Assembly (NCBI RefSeq): GCF_963921235.1
Contig: NC_086108.1
Location: 37,820,001 to 37,884,000, forward strand
DNA: 64,000 nt
From: Mobula hypostoma
Lineage: Eukaryota
Direction of reading: 5' to 3'
Each line of letters begins with the position of its first letter. The first letter of the stretch is position 1. Below, piece by piece: positions 39,659 to 50,919 of this stretch. Below the pieces are notes generated by a model. The model ran no database searches. It had not been told where the DNA came from and saw only the letters and a list, made by a program, of their open reading frames with translations. The position numbers and the translations under genes are program-made.

Positions 39659-40885
39659 CTGTGGCAAAGTATCAAGTATTCATTTTCTTAAGTGTTCTTC
39701 AGGCTTCAACCAAAGGAGATCTCGTTTAAGTATGACAGAAGTCTGTGAAAGAGTGAGTTTAATTTGTATAATGCGAATACAATTTACATCAATCATAATA
39801 AAGACTTTTCAACCTAACTGTACTTCAGTATGTTCATGCTGTTGTAGAATAAACCAGTTTACAATCTGCGAAGCTTTGAATTATTTCCTTAACACAATCA
39901 ATCCTTAGAAGTTGAAGTTGCTGTGTTGAAGACAAATACATGCAGCCCAGCTCCATTTGCAGGAGAAAGCTGTCATTATGACCAGAGTAATATTTTTCCT
40001 GTCAGTAACTGTACAACCACAATAGAACTAAGATGTCAAAACTGCTTCAGGAAGTGACTGACACCAACAATTACCAATAGTCATATGTGGCCCAGATATA
40101 TTAACAAAAGATAACTGGATTGGTGGAGGAGATGTTTGAGATTGTCAATGATAGAATCACGGCTCCGCATTTATTTTACCTTCATGTTACTAGGTGATTA
40201 GTTGACAGCAGTCGTGATGCATCTATTCAAAGGTTAGGCTTGGTTAGGTTTCTACTGAAGTTCTGAGCACCTATGCCTTATGGCATGAAGTGCATATTTT
40301 CCAGAAAGTAAGCACATAAATACAAGAAAGCATATTTTCTATAAAGGGTTAGTTTATGAGATTACACAAAGTGGAGTGTGCTCTCTATATTTTATGATTA
40401 AAAGTTGAATCATTAAAGTTTTCGAGATACGAAAATAACAGTTGGAGAAAGAAACTGTTTTGCTGGTTGGAGAAACACAGGACAAGGAGCCACAGAGTAA
40501 AGCTTTCCAGCAGGCCTTATGGAGTGAAGTTAAGGGGCAGTGGAAAGATACAACAAACTGATAGGACAATTAATGAATTGATACCTGAACTTGATAGCTA
40601 TCATAATAACACAACTGATAGATATGGATAGATAGGTATACTGTACTACGTTACGTCTAAGATCACTAAAAGATTAAGAAGTCTTTTCTTGTTTCTGTCA
40701 GACGGTCCCACCTGACGTCTGTCCACCATTCACTAAGCAGCTGTGGCTGCAACAGTCTGTTCACCTGTCTGCTGAGCTCCTCACCAAGTTTGACAGGCTG
40801 ACTCAGTGGCAGATTCCAAGGCATAATCACCACATGACTGGCAGGAGACATCATTTGTGAGGCAAAGGCTCCCAAACCCAAATCC

Positions 40886-42790
40886 TAAGACCATAAGGCC
40901 TTTAAGATACAGGAGCCATTTGGCTATTTGGCCCATCGAGTCTGCTCCGCCGTTTCATCATGGCTGATCCAATTTTCCTCTCAGCTCCAATTTCCTGCCT
41001 TCTCCCCATATCCTTTCATGCCCCAACCAATCAAGAATCAATCAACCTCTGCTTTAAGTATACTTAAAGAATGGGCCTTCATAGCTGCCTGTGGCACAGG
41101 ATTCCACAGATTCATCACTCATTGGCTAAAGAAATTCCTCCTCAACTCCATTCTAAAAGGACACTCCTCCTTTCTAAGGTTGTGTCCTCTGGCCTTAGAC
41201 TCTCCCTCCATAGGAAATATCCTCTCCATATCCACTCTATCAAGGCCTTTCACCATTTGATCGGGTTCAATGAGGTCCCCACTCATTCTTTTGAATTTCA
41301 GTGAATACAGGCCCAGAGCCAGCAAAAGGTCTTCATATGACAAGCCATTCAATCCTGAATCTCCTTCGAATGCTCCTCAGTTTCAGCACTTCCTTTTTAA
41401 GGTAAGGGGCCCAAACCTACTCTCAGTAATCAAGTGGGACCTCATCAGTGCCTTATAAAGTTTCAACATTGCATCCTACTTCTACATTCTAGTCCTCTTG
41501 AAATTAATGCTAGCATTGCATTTGCCTTTCTCACCACAGGCTCAACCTGTAAATTAACCTTTAGGGAATCCTGCACAAGGACTCCCAAGTTCCTTTGTAC
41601 CTCAGCTTTTTGTATTTTCTCTCCATTTAGAAAATAGTCAACCTTGCATTTCTTCTACCAAAGTGCATGACAATACACTTCTCGATACTATACTCCATCT
41701 GCCATTTCTTTGCCCATTCTCCTAATCTGTCTAAGTCCTTCTATGGCCTCTCTACTTCCTCAAAACTACCTGCCCTCCACCTATCTTCATATCACCTGAG
41801 AATTTTGCAACAAAGCCATTAGTTCCATCATCGAAATCATTGACATATAACGTAAAAAGAATCGGTCCCAACACAGACCCCTATGGAACACCACTAGTTA
41901 TCGGCAGCCAGTCCAGAAAGGTTCCCTTTATTCCCACATTTGCCTCCTGCCAATCAGCCATTGCTTTATCCATGCTAGAATCTTTCCTGTAATACCATGA
42001 GCTCATTGCTTGTCAAGCACCCTCATCTGTGGCACCTTGCCAAAGGCCTTCTGAAAATCCAAGTACAAAACATCAACTGATTCTCCTTTGTCTATCCTGC
42101 TTGTTACTTCTTCAAAGAATTTCAACAGATTTGTCAGGCAAGATTTTCCCTTGAGGAAACCATGCTGACTATAATCTATTTTATCATGTGCCTCTAAGTA
42201 TCCTGAGACCTCATCCTTAACAATTGACTTCAGCATCTTCCCAACTGGTCTATAGTTTCCTTTCTTTTGCCTATCTTCTTTCTAGGAGTGACAATTGCAA
42301 TTTTCCAGTCTTCCGGAACCATTCCCGAATCTAGTAACTCTCGAACGATCATTACTAATGCCTCCACGGTCTCTTCAGCTACCTCTTCTGGGGTGTACAC
42401 CATCTGATGCAGGTGACTTATCTACCTTCGGACCTTTCAGTTTCCCAAGCAATTTCACTCTAGTAACTCCAAACACATCATGACTCCTAACACCTGGAAC
42501 TTCCACCATACCGCTAGTGTCTTCACAGTTAAGACTGAAGCAAAATACTTATTCAACTCATCCACTATTTCATTGTCCTCCATTACTACTTCTCCAGATT
42601 CATTTTCCAACAGTTCAATATCCACTGTTGCCTCTCTTTTACACTTTATGTATCTGAAGAAACTTTTGGTATCCTCTTTAATATTATTGGTTAGCTTACT
42701 TTTGTGTTCCGTCTTTACCTTCTTAATGATTTTTTCAGTTGCCTTTTGCTGGCTCTCCAATCCTTGAACTTCCCAGTAATTTTTGCTCTA
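40886..42790 (-). mobile_element. CR1 LINE, 5'-truncated
   Basis: QHGFLKGKSCLTNLL, YLDFQKAF and RRNFFSQ motifs. Confidence 0.92.
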
Positions 42791-42804
42791 TTATATTATT
42801 CCGA

Positions 42805-45560
42805 TGGCCCAATCAGCAACAGGAGCAGGCCACAGCAATGAGGTTTCTCACAGGCCGGCAACACTCATTTAAAAGGAGAGCTTTGCAGGTGTTCAGGCTT
42901 ATTCTGACAGCCCAATCAGTGGCAGGAACAGGCCACAGCGCTGAGCTTTCTCGCAGGTTGCCGATGCTTTTTCAGAAGTACAGAAGCGACAAGCGGGGCA
43001 GCCATTGTTGGGGTGGGCCAGTGGTGAGTGTAGGAGTGTCCGGATTTAGCTCAAAGGAGGCTTCGGCTTGAAAGGGGCATTGGCTCTGAGTAAGCTTCTG
43101 CTACAGTTCCTTTTATTTCTCTCTTACTGTATCTAGTGTAGTAAATGGCTGTTGTATGTTCTTCATGCCGGATGTTGGAGTCCGGGGAAACCCAGAGTCT
43201 CCCAGGGAACTAAATCTACCTGAAGTGCATCTGGCTGCAGCTCCTTGAAGACCGTGTTAGGGATCTGGAGCAGCAGCTGGATGACCTTCGTCTTGTATGG
43301 GAGAGTAAGGAGATAATCAATCAGAGTTACAGGGAAGTAGTCACCCCAAAGCTGCAGGAGGCGAGCAGCTGGGTGACTGACAGGAGAAATGGAAACGTGA
43401 ACAGGCAGTTAGCACAGAGCACTCTGTGGCGATTCCTCTCAAAAGTAAGTGTGCTTTGATACTGTTGTGGGGGATGACCTCCCAAGAAAATGCCTTGGAG
43501 ACTAAGCACGGTCAGTGGTGCAGAATGGAAAGAGGGAGAAGAGGGGAGTGGTAGTGATAGCGGACACAATAGTCAGGGGAACAGACGGGGGTTCTGTGGA
43601 CATGACCAGATCAGCCGAATGGTATGTTGCCTCCCAGGTGCCTGGGTCAGGGACATCTTGCGTCATGTCCATAATATTTTGGAGAAGGAGGGAGAGCAGC
43701 CAGATGTCTTGGTACATATTGATACTGATGACAAAGAAAGGAAAAGCAAGGATGTTCTGAAGAAAGAATTTAGGGAGCTACACAGAAAGGTGAGAAGCAG
43801 GACCTCCAGGGTAGTAGTTCCTGGATTGCTGCCTGTGCCATATGCTAGTGAAGGTAGAAACAGGATGATTTGGCAGATTAATGCGTGGCTGAGAAGATGT
43901 TGCAAGGGGAAGTGCTTCAGGTTCTTGGATCATTGGGATCTCTTCTGGGGGAGATATGACCTGTTCAAAAGTGACGGGTTGCACCTGAACCCGAGGGGAA
44001 CCAATATTCTCACGGGAGGGTTTGTTTGAGCTTTTGGGAAGGGTTTAAACTAACTTGGCAGGGGAGTGGGAACAGGAGTGAAGGGATTCAGAATAGGGCA
44101 GCTGGTAAAAAAGCAAAGATAGTGTGCAGTCAGACTGTCAGGAAGGGCAGGCAGATGATAAGACATAATTGCAGCCAGCAGAGTGGGTATCAGTGCATTA
44201 GGGATGCAGAATTAAAAAGGGTAGCAAGTGCAGCACTCAGAGTGTTATATCTCAATGCACAGGGTACAAGAAATAAGGTGGATGATCTTGCTGCAGATTG
44301 TCAGGTATGATGTTGTGGCCATCACTGAATCGTGACTAAAGGATGGTTGTAGTTGGAAGTTAAACATCCAAGGTTACATGTTGTAGTGGAAGGGTTGGAA
44401 GGTCAACAGAGAGGGTGGCATGGCTCTGCTGGTAAAGCATAGCATCAAGTTCAGTAGAAAGATGTGACATAGGATCCTTGTGAGTTGAGTTAAGAAACTG
44501 CAGAAGTAAATGGACCCTGATGGCAGATATAGACAGGCCTCCCAACAGTCGCTGGGATGTTGGCCACAGATTACAAAAGGAAATAGAAAAGGCAAGCCAA
44601 AAGGGGAATGTTATAACAGTCATGGAAGATTTCAACATGCAGGTCAAATGGGAAAACCGGGATGGTAATGGATCGCGAACGTGAGTTTGTTGAATGCCTA
44701 TGAGATGGATGCAGTGGATGTTGAAGATTTGGACTTTTAGAAGGTCTTTGACAAGGTGCCACACACGAGACTGCTCACCAAGCTGAGTGCCCATGGTATT
44801 ACAGGAAAATTACTAATGTGGTTCAAACATTGGCTGATTGGTAGGCGGCAGTAAGTAAGAATAAAAGGATCCTTGTCTGGTTGGCTGCTAATGACTACTG
44901 GTGCTCCGCAGCGATCAGTGTTGGGATCGATTCTTTTTATGCTGTATATCAATAATTTAGATGATGGAGTAAATGGCTTTGGTACCAAGTTTGCAGAAGA
45001 TACAAAGATTGGTGGAAGGGCAGGTAGTGTTGAAGAAACAGGTCGGCTACAGAACAACTTAAGACAAATTAGGGAATGGGCAAGAGAGTGGCAAATGAAA
45101 TAGGTTAGAAAATGCACAGTCATGCACTTTGGTAATAGAAATAAATGTGCATACTATTTTCTAAACGGAGAGAAAATCCAATTATCTGAACACCCTAAAT
45201 AGTAATCTGTAGGTGGAGTTGGTGGTGAGGAAGGCAAATGCAATGTTAGTATTAATTTCAAGAGGTCCAGAATGCAAGAGCAGGGATGTGATGCTGAGGC
45301 TTTATAAGGCACTGGTGAGGCCTCTCTTTGAGTACTGTGAACAGTTTTAGGTTCTTCATCTAACAAAAGATGTGCTGGCATTGAAGAGGGTTCAGAGGAG
45401 GTTCGTAAGGATGATTCTACAAATGAAAGGTTATCATACGAGGAAGGTTTAATATTTCTGGGTTGGTATTCGCTGGAATTTAGAAGAATTTAGGGGATCT
45501 CATTGAAACGTTGAAAGGCCTAGACAGAGTAGATGTACAAAAGATGTTTCCCAGCCTCAG
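42805..45560 (+). mobile_element. CR1 with 5'UTR and ORF1 (Zn-finger + SGNH esterase), internally deleted ORF2
   Basis: ORF1 start MAVVCSSC at 43145; CCLPGAWVRD...DGLHLN; the endonuclease jumps to RT at ~44715. Confidence 0.9.
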
Positions 45561-45669
45561 GATCAATTCTAGCCAACCCCTCTCTCATGGCTCTGTAGTA
45601 CCCCTTACTCCACTGTAATACTGATACATCTGACTTCAGCTTCTCCTTCTCAATTTTCAAGATGAATTT

Positions 45670-48600
45670 AGAACATAGAACATAAAATAGTACAGCACAG
45701 TACAGGTCCTTCAGCCCAAAATGTTGTGCCGACTCTTAAACCCTACCTCCCATGTAACCCCCCCACCTTAAATTCCTCCATATACCTGTCTAGCAGTCTC
45801 CTAAATTTCACAAGTGTATCTGCCTCCACCACTGAAGCAGGCAGTGTATTCCACGCACCAACCACTCTGTGAGTAAATAACCTTCCTCTAATATCCCCCT
45901 TGAACTTCCCACCCCTTACCTTAAAGCCATGTCCTCTTGTACTGAGCAGTGGTGCCCTGGGGAAGAGGCGCTTCCTCTTATTATCTTGTACACCTCTATC
46001 ATGTCTCCTCTCATCCTCCTTCTCTCCAAAGAAAAAAAGCCCTAGCTCCCTTAATCTCAGATCATAATGCACACTCTCTAAACCAGGCAGCATCCTGGTA
46101 AATCTCCTCTGTACCCTTTCTAATGCTTCCACATCCGTCCTATAGTGAGGCGACCAGAACTGGACACAGAACTCCAAGTGTGGCCAAACCAGAGTTTTAT
46201 AGAGCTGCATCATTACCCCATGACTCTTAAACTCTCTCCCTCAACTTATGAAAGCTAACACCCCATAAGCTTTCTTAACTACCCTACCTACCTGTGAGGC
46301 AACTTTCAGGGATCTATGAACAAGTACCCCCAAATCCCTCTGCTCCTCCACACTACCAAGTATCCTGCCATTTACTTTGTGCTCTGCCTTGGAGTTCGTT
46401 CTTCCAAAATATGCCACCTCACACTTCTCCAGGTTGAACTCCATCTGCCAGTTCTCAGCCCACTTCTGCATCCTATCAAAGTCTGTCTGCAAACTTTGAC
46501 AATCCTCTACACTATCTACAACACCACCAACCTTTGTGTCGTCTGCAAACTTGCCAACCCACCCTACTACACCCACATCCAGGTCATTAATAAAAATCAT
46601 GAAAAGCAGAGGTCCTGGAACAGATCCTTGTGGGACACCACTAGTCACAATCCTCCAATCTGAATGTACTCCCTCCACCATGACCCTCTACCTTCTGCAG
46701 GCAAGCCAATTCTGAATCCACCTGGCCAAACAGCCCTGGATCCCATGCCTTCTGACTTTCTGAATAAGCCTACCGTGTGAAACCTTGTCCAATGCCTTAC
46801 TAAAATCCATGTAGGTCACTTCCACTGCACTACCCTCACCTATAAGCCTGGTCACCTCCTCAAAGAACTCTATCAGGCTTGTTAGACACGATCTGCCCTT
46901 CACAAAGCCATGCTGACTGTCCCTGATCAGACCATGATTCTCTAAATGCCCATAGATCCTATCTCTAAGAATCTTTTCCAACAGCTTTCCCACCACAGAC
47001 GTAAGGCTTACTGGTCTATAATTACCCGGACTATCCCTACTACCTTCTTTGAACAAGGGAACAACATTCGCCTCCCTCCAATCCTCCGGTACTATTCTTG
47101 TATAGTACTGATTCTTGCTTCCTAAACCTCATGTATGCTGCCTTCTTCCACCTAACTAGATTTTCCACTTCACTAGTCACCCATGGTTCCTTCACCCTAT
47201 CATTCTTTATCTTCCTCACCGGGACAAATTTACCCCTAACATCCAGCAAGAGATCCCTAAACATCAACCACGTGTCCATAGTACATTTCCCTGCAAAAAC
47301 ATCATCCCAATTCACACCTGCAAGTTCTAGCCTTGTAGCCTCATAATTTGCCCTTTCCCAATTAAAAAATTTCCTGTCCTCTGATTCTGTCCTTTTCCAT
47401 GATAATGCTAAAGGCCAGGGAGCGGTGGTCACTGTCCCCCAGATACTCACCCACTGAGAGACCTCTGACCTGACCCGGTTCGTTACCTAATACTAGATCT
47501 AGTATGGCATTCCCCCTAGTTGGCCTGTCAAAATATTGTGACAGGAATCCGTCCTGGACACACTTAACAAACATAAAGCCCTCCCTCCTGCACCTGTCGT
47601 AAGGTGGGCGCTGGGAGTCGACCCAAATGCAAGGCACAGACACTGAACTACTAGGAGCAGGACTTGATTAGAGAGTGGGGACAAAAACACAGACTTGCGC
47701 TAGTACGTTGGTTAGGACCAGGACAAGGAACTAGGTTGTAGGACCAGGACAAGGAACTAGGAACTAGGAGCCTGGGCTTGGTCACCGACAAAGACCCAGA
47801 ACTTGGGTATTGACTGGAGCTCGGACCCCAGAACTAGGCAAGGACATGACGTGGCTATAGGACTGGACATGGCTTGGGTTTTTCATGGCTTGGGTACGTC
47901 ATGGCTTGGATTCTTCGAGGCAAGGACATGACGAGGCTTGGGTTCGTCAAGGCGAGGACATGACGAGGCTTGGGTTCGTCAAGGCGAGGACATGACGAGG
48001 CTTGGGTTCGTCAAGGCGAGGACATGACGAGGCTTGGGTTCTTCAAGGCGAGGACATGACGAGGCTTGGGGGTGGACTCCGAGCCAGAGACTGGACAAGG
48101 ACCCAGAACCTGGGTCTAGACTCCGGCTCGGACTCCGGAACTAGGCGAAGACATGACATGGTCTTGGGAGACAGGACTAGGCAAGGCTACAGGACAGAAT
48201 GACAGACTCCTGGGCAAGACGAGGGAACTCCAGTACAGGACAAAGCACACGGACAGGACGAGAACATAAACTTTGACTTGGTACTCAGGAACAGCCGAAC
48301 CTTGGATTTGGGACGACAGGAACGCAGAGACATGGAACACAGAGCCAGGACCCCTCCTTGGGAACAGGACTTGGGGCCGGGGCTCTACACAGAATGCTGA
48401 ACACGACAAGACGGTTCCCAATACTAGGTAGCAGCAAACAGCCGGACCTACCTAGCAAAAGCGTGAACAGAGAGACAGTTCCAACTCAACGATAGACAGT
48501 TCCTTATCTTGACACAGCAAGGCTCTGGTCTCACTCCGGTGGTAGAACTAGACACAGGTTGCAGGGCAAGGCTCCAGAAGGAAGTGGAAGGGAAGGGAAC

Positions 48601-49150
48601 AGTCCAGCCTCAGGGTAACGGCAAAAATGGCCTGGCTTACCCAACGGAGGCAAGGACAGGAAGGGACAGATCCAACTGCAGGGTAATGGCAAAGATGGTC
48701 TGATTTACCCCACAGAGGCGAGGACAGGATACTGACAAGACAAACCAGCAACCACACTCGATCCCAGGGCAACATATTCCCAGCCCCAAGACGAGCAAAC
48801 GGAGCACTCGACTGCACGAACTGCTGCCTCCATTACCTACTCCTAATTTAATTACAGTAATTAAAGGAACTTTCCCGGCCTTACCTCAGTGGGAGCAAGC
48901 TCGTCCTCAGCCTCTGCTCGCCGAAGCCTCCCGAGCCAAAGCCTTCCTACTCTGTCTCCCACTACTCCGTCACCCACTCCTACGACATCCGCTCTATTAA
49001 TCTGCTTGCTTTTTAAACTCTCCCACTGTCTCACAGGCCGACCTTCACATGTTTGCACAGTCGTGCCCCGGTCAAACTGCAAAGAAATGACTGCCCCTTC
49101 TCAATCTGCTCGCTTTTTAAACTCTCCTGCTGTCTCACAGGCCAACCTTC
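45670..49150 (-). mobile_element. Young CR1 with 5'UTR; ORF1 and endonuclease largely deleted or replaced by an insertion
   Basis: GNYRPVSLTS, PQGSVPGP and FADD motifs; ORF1 start MEAAVRAVECSVC at 48833. Confidence 0.9.
47596..48790. mobile_element. LTR-like insertion with internal 32-bp tandem repeats
   Basis: Begins TGT.. and interrupts CR1 ORF1. Unit aaggcgaggacatgacgaggcttgggttcgtc, ~5 copies at 47917-48070. No coding domain recognised. Confidence 0.5.
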
Positions 49151-49164
49151 AATTTGATCATATT

Positions 49165-49540
49165 ATGAGTACTTACCCCTAAGTGTTCCTTTACCTTAAA
49201 CTTTCTTATCAATGCTGTTTCATTGCACAACACCCAATCCAGAATAGCTGATCCTCTATTTGGCTCAACCACAAGCTGCTCTAAAAAGCTATCTTGTAGG
49301 CACTCTAGAAATTCTCCCTCCTGTAATCCAGCATCAACCTAATTTTCCTAATCTACCTGCATATTGAAGTCCCCATGACTACTGTAACATTGCCCTTTTG
49401 GCATGCACTTTCTTTCTCCTGCTGTATTTTGCAGGCCACATCCTTACCACTGTTTGAGGATCTGTATACAACTCTCATCAGGGGCTTTTTACCCTTGCAG
49501 TTCCTTAGCTCTTTCCACAATGATTCAACACCTTCCGACC
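49165..49540 (-). mobile_element. CR1 endonuclease fragment
   Basis: VVMGDFNMQVD..FLECLQDSFLEQLVVEP on the minus strand. Confidence 0.8.
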
Positions 49541-50676
49541 ACCTTTGTTATGAACATCTTAAAGAAAATCTGTTTTGTTAATTTCCAGATCCAAAGACTG
49601 GTGACTGCAGAGTTTTCTCTGAATTATTTGCCTCCTCCATACCTCCATTTATCACCTCAACAGAAGCTTCTCCATGATACAATTTTCATCCTCAACTGGT
49701 TTATTAATTTCCCCATTTAAGTCTTTCACTGAAACCCCTTTATACCCATTTACTCCCTTGATTGGATTAATTTCATACTCTCACTTACCCCTTCTCTTGG
49801 GCTCCACCATAATCACATTTACCCTCTCAACTCCAGTAAGCCCATGCAGCATCTGGGTGTTCTCAACTGGTTTTCTCATCTGTTTACTGTGGGTGGGTTT
49901 CACCACAGACTGAAATCCTGACAGAGAGTCATGCTAAACTATGCTCTGTCAGCAGACCACAAGAGCAATACTGATAGAAACAGGAGCTTTCTGCCCAACC
50001 ACCTACCTTGCCTCATATGGATGAGTGTACATGAACCTACGATTTCAATGCCTATCTTGATTGTGTAAGGAACTAGTCAGGAACTTGGAAAATTCCATAA
50101 CCCAGTAATTAACTACCTACTGTATCTGAGAGATATGTTTCCAAAGACCCTCTCCAGTTGTCACCACAACTGATGTGCTTTCTGACTCTGACAATAAGAT
50201 GCAATTTTATATGCCTGCCCGGACCCACCACTGGTTTAGGAAGTGCATTGACTTAACATTCGTTTGAACTACTGAAAAGTTTCAGTGGACTCTGCAATGG
50301 TAAAACAGGAGACCATTTGCTGATGTCAGATCCTGGAGATTTGGTTTCCAGTGGTATGGTAAGGGGCTAGTTTCATCAGCCACTGGACAATCGGAAGGTC
50401 AATAGCTTAGTTCTTGCTAAAGGACTGAGCTGATTCACACACCTCCTAACCCAAAGTGTAGACCATATATTTTATGTTTTATGAAGACAATGTGATTTTC
50501 CTTCCTCTTTTCCCAGACACTTTGCTAGAATATTCCAAAGTTCAAATGATATGTAATAGTGGGTTGAACAGCTAGCAAAAAAAAATCTTGAATTGTTTAG
50601 CTAATAGTGTTATTAAAAATCTCCACAAGTTCTGACACGTGCCGGTGAGAAGATTGCACTGCAATTCAACCTTTTA

Positions 50677-50691
50677 TCAGTAGATGGCAGT
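50677..50691 (+). promoter_or_regulatory. CTCF-like motif
   Basis: tcagtagatggcagt resembles the CTCF core CCASYAGRKGGCRS; unique-sequence context. Confidence 0.35.
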
Positions 50692-50919
50692 TGCTGCTTG
50701 GCTACAGAGAAAGCAAAAGGTTTACAGAAGAGGAGTTGTTTTCCTGAAATAAACAGTAATTCCAAAAATCATTGTTCAGAAATCATTTTCTCACAGATTG
50801 TAGGGTCCATCAGCAGACCTTATGAATCTATAAACTTAGACATTTTGCAATATTGTAATAAAATATTAGTTTCATTTCTGCTAATGATGACAATTCAGAA
50901 AGATTTAGAAATAATAAGA

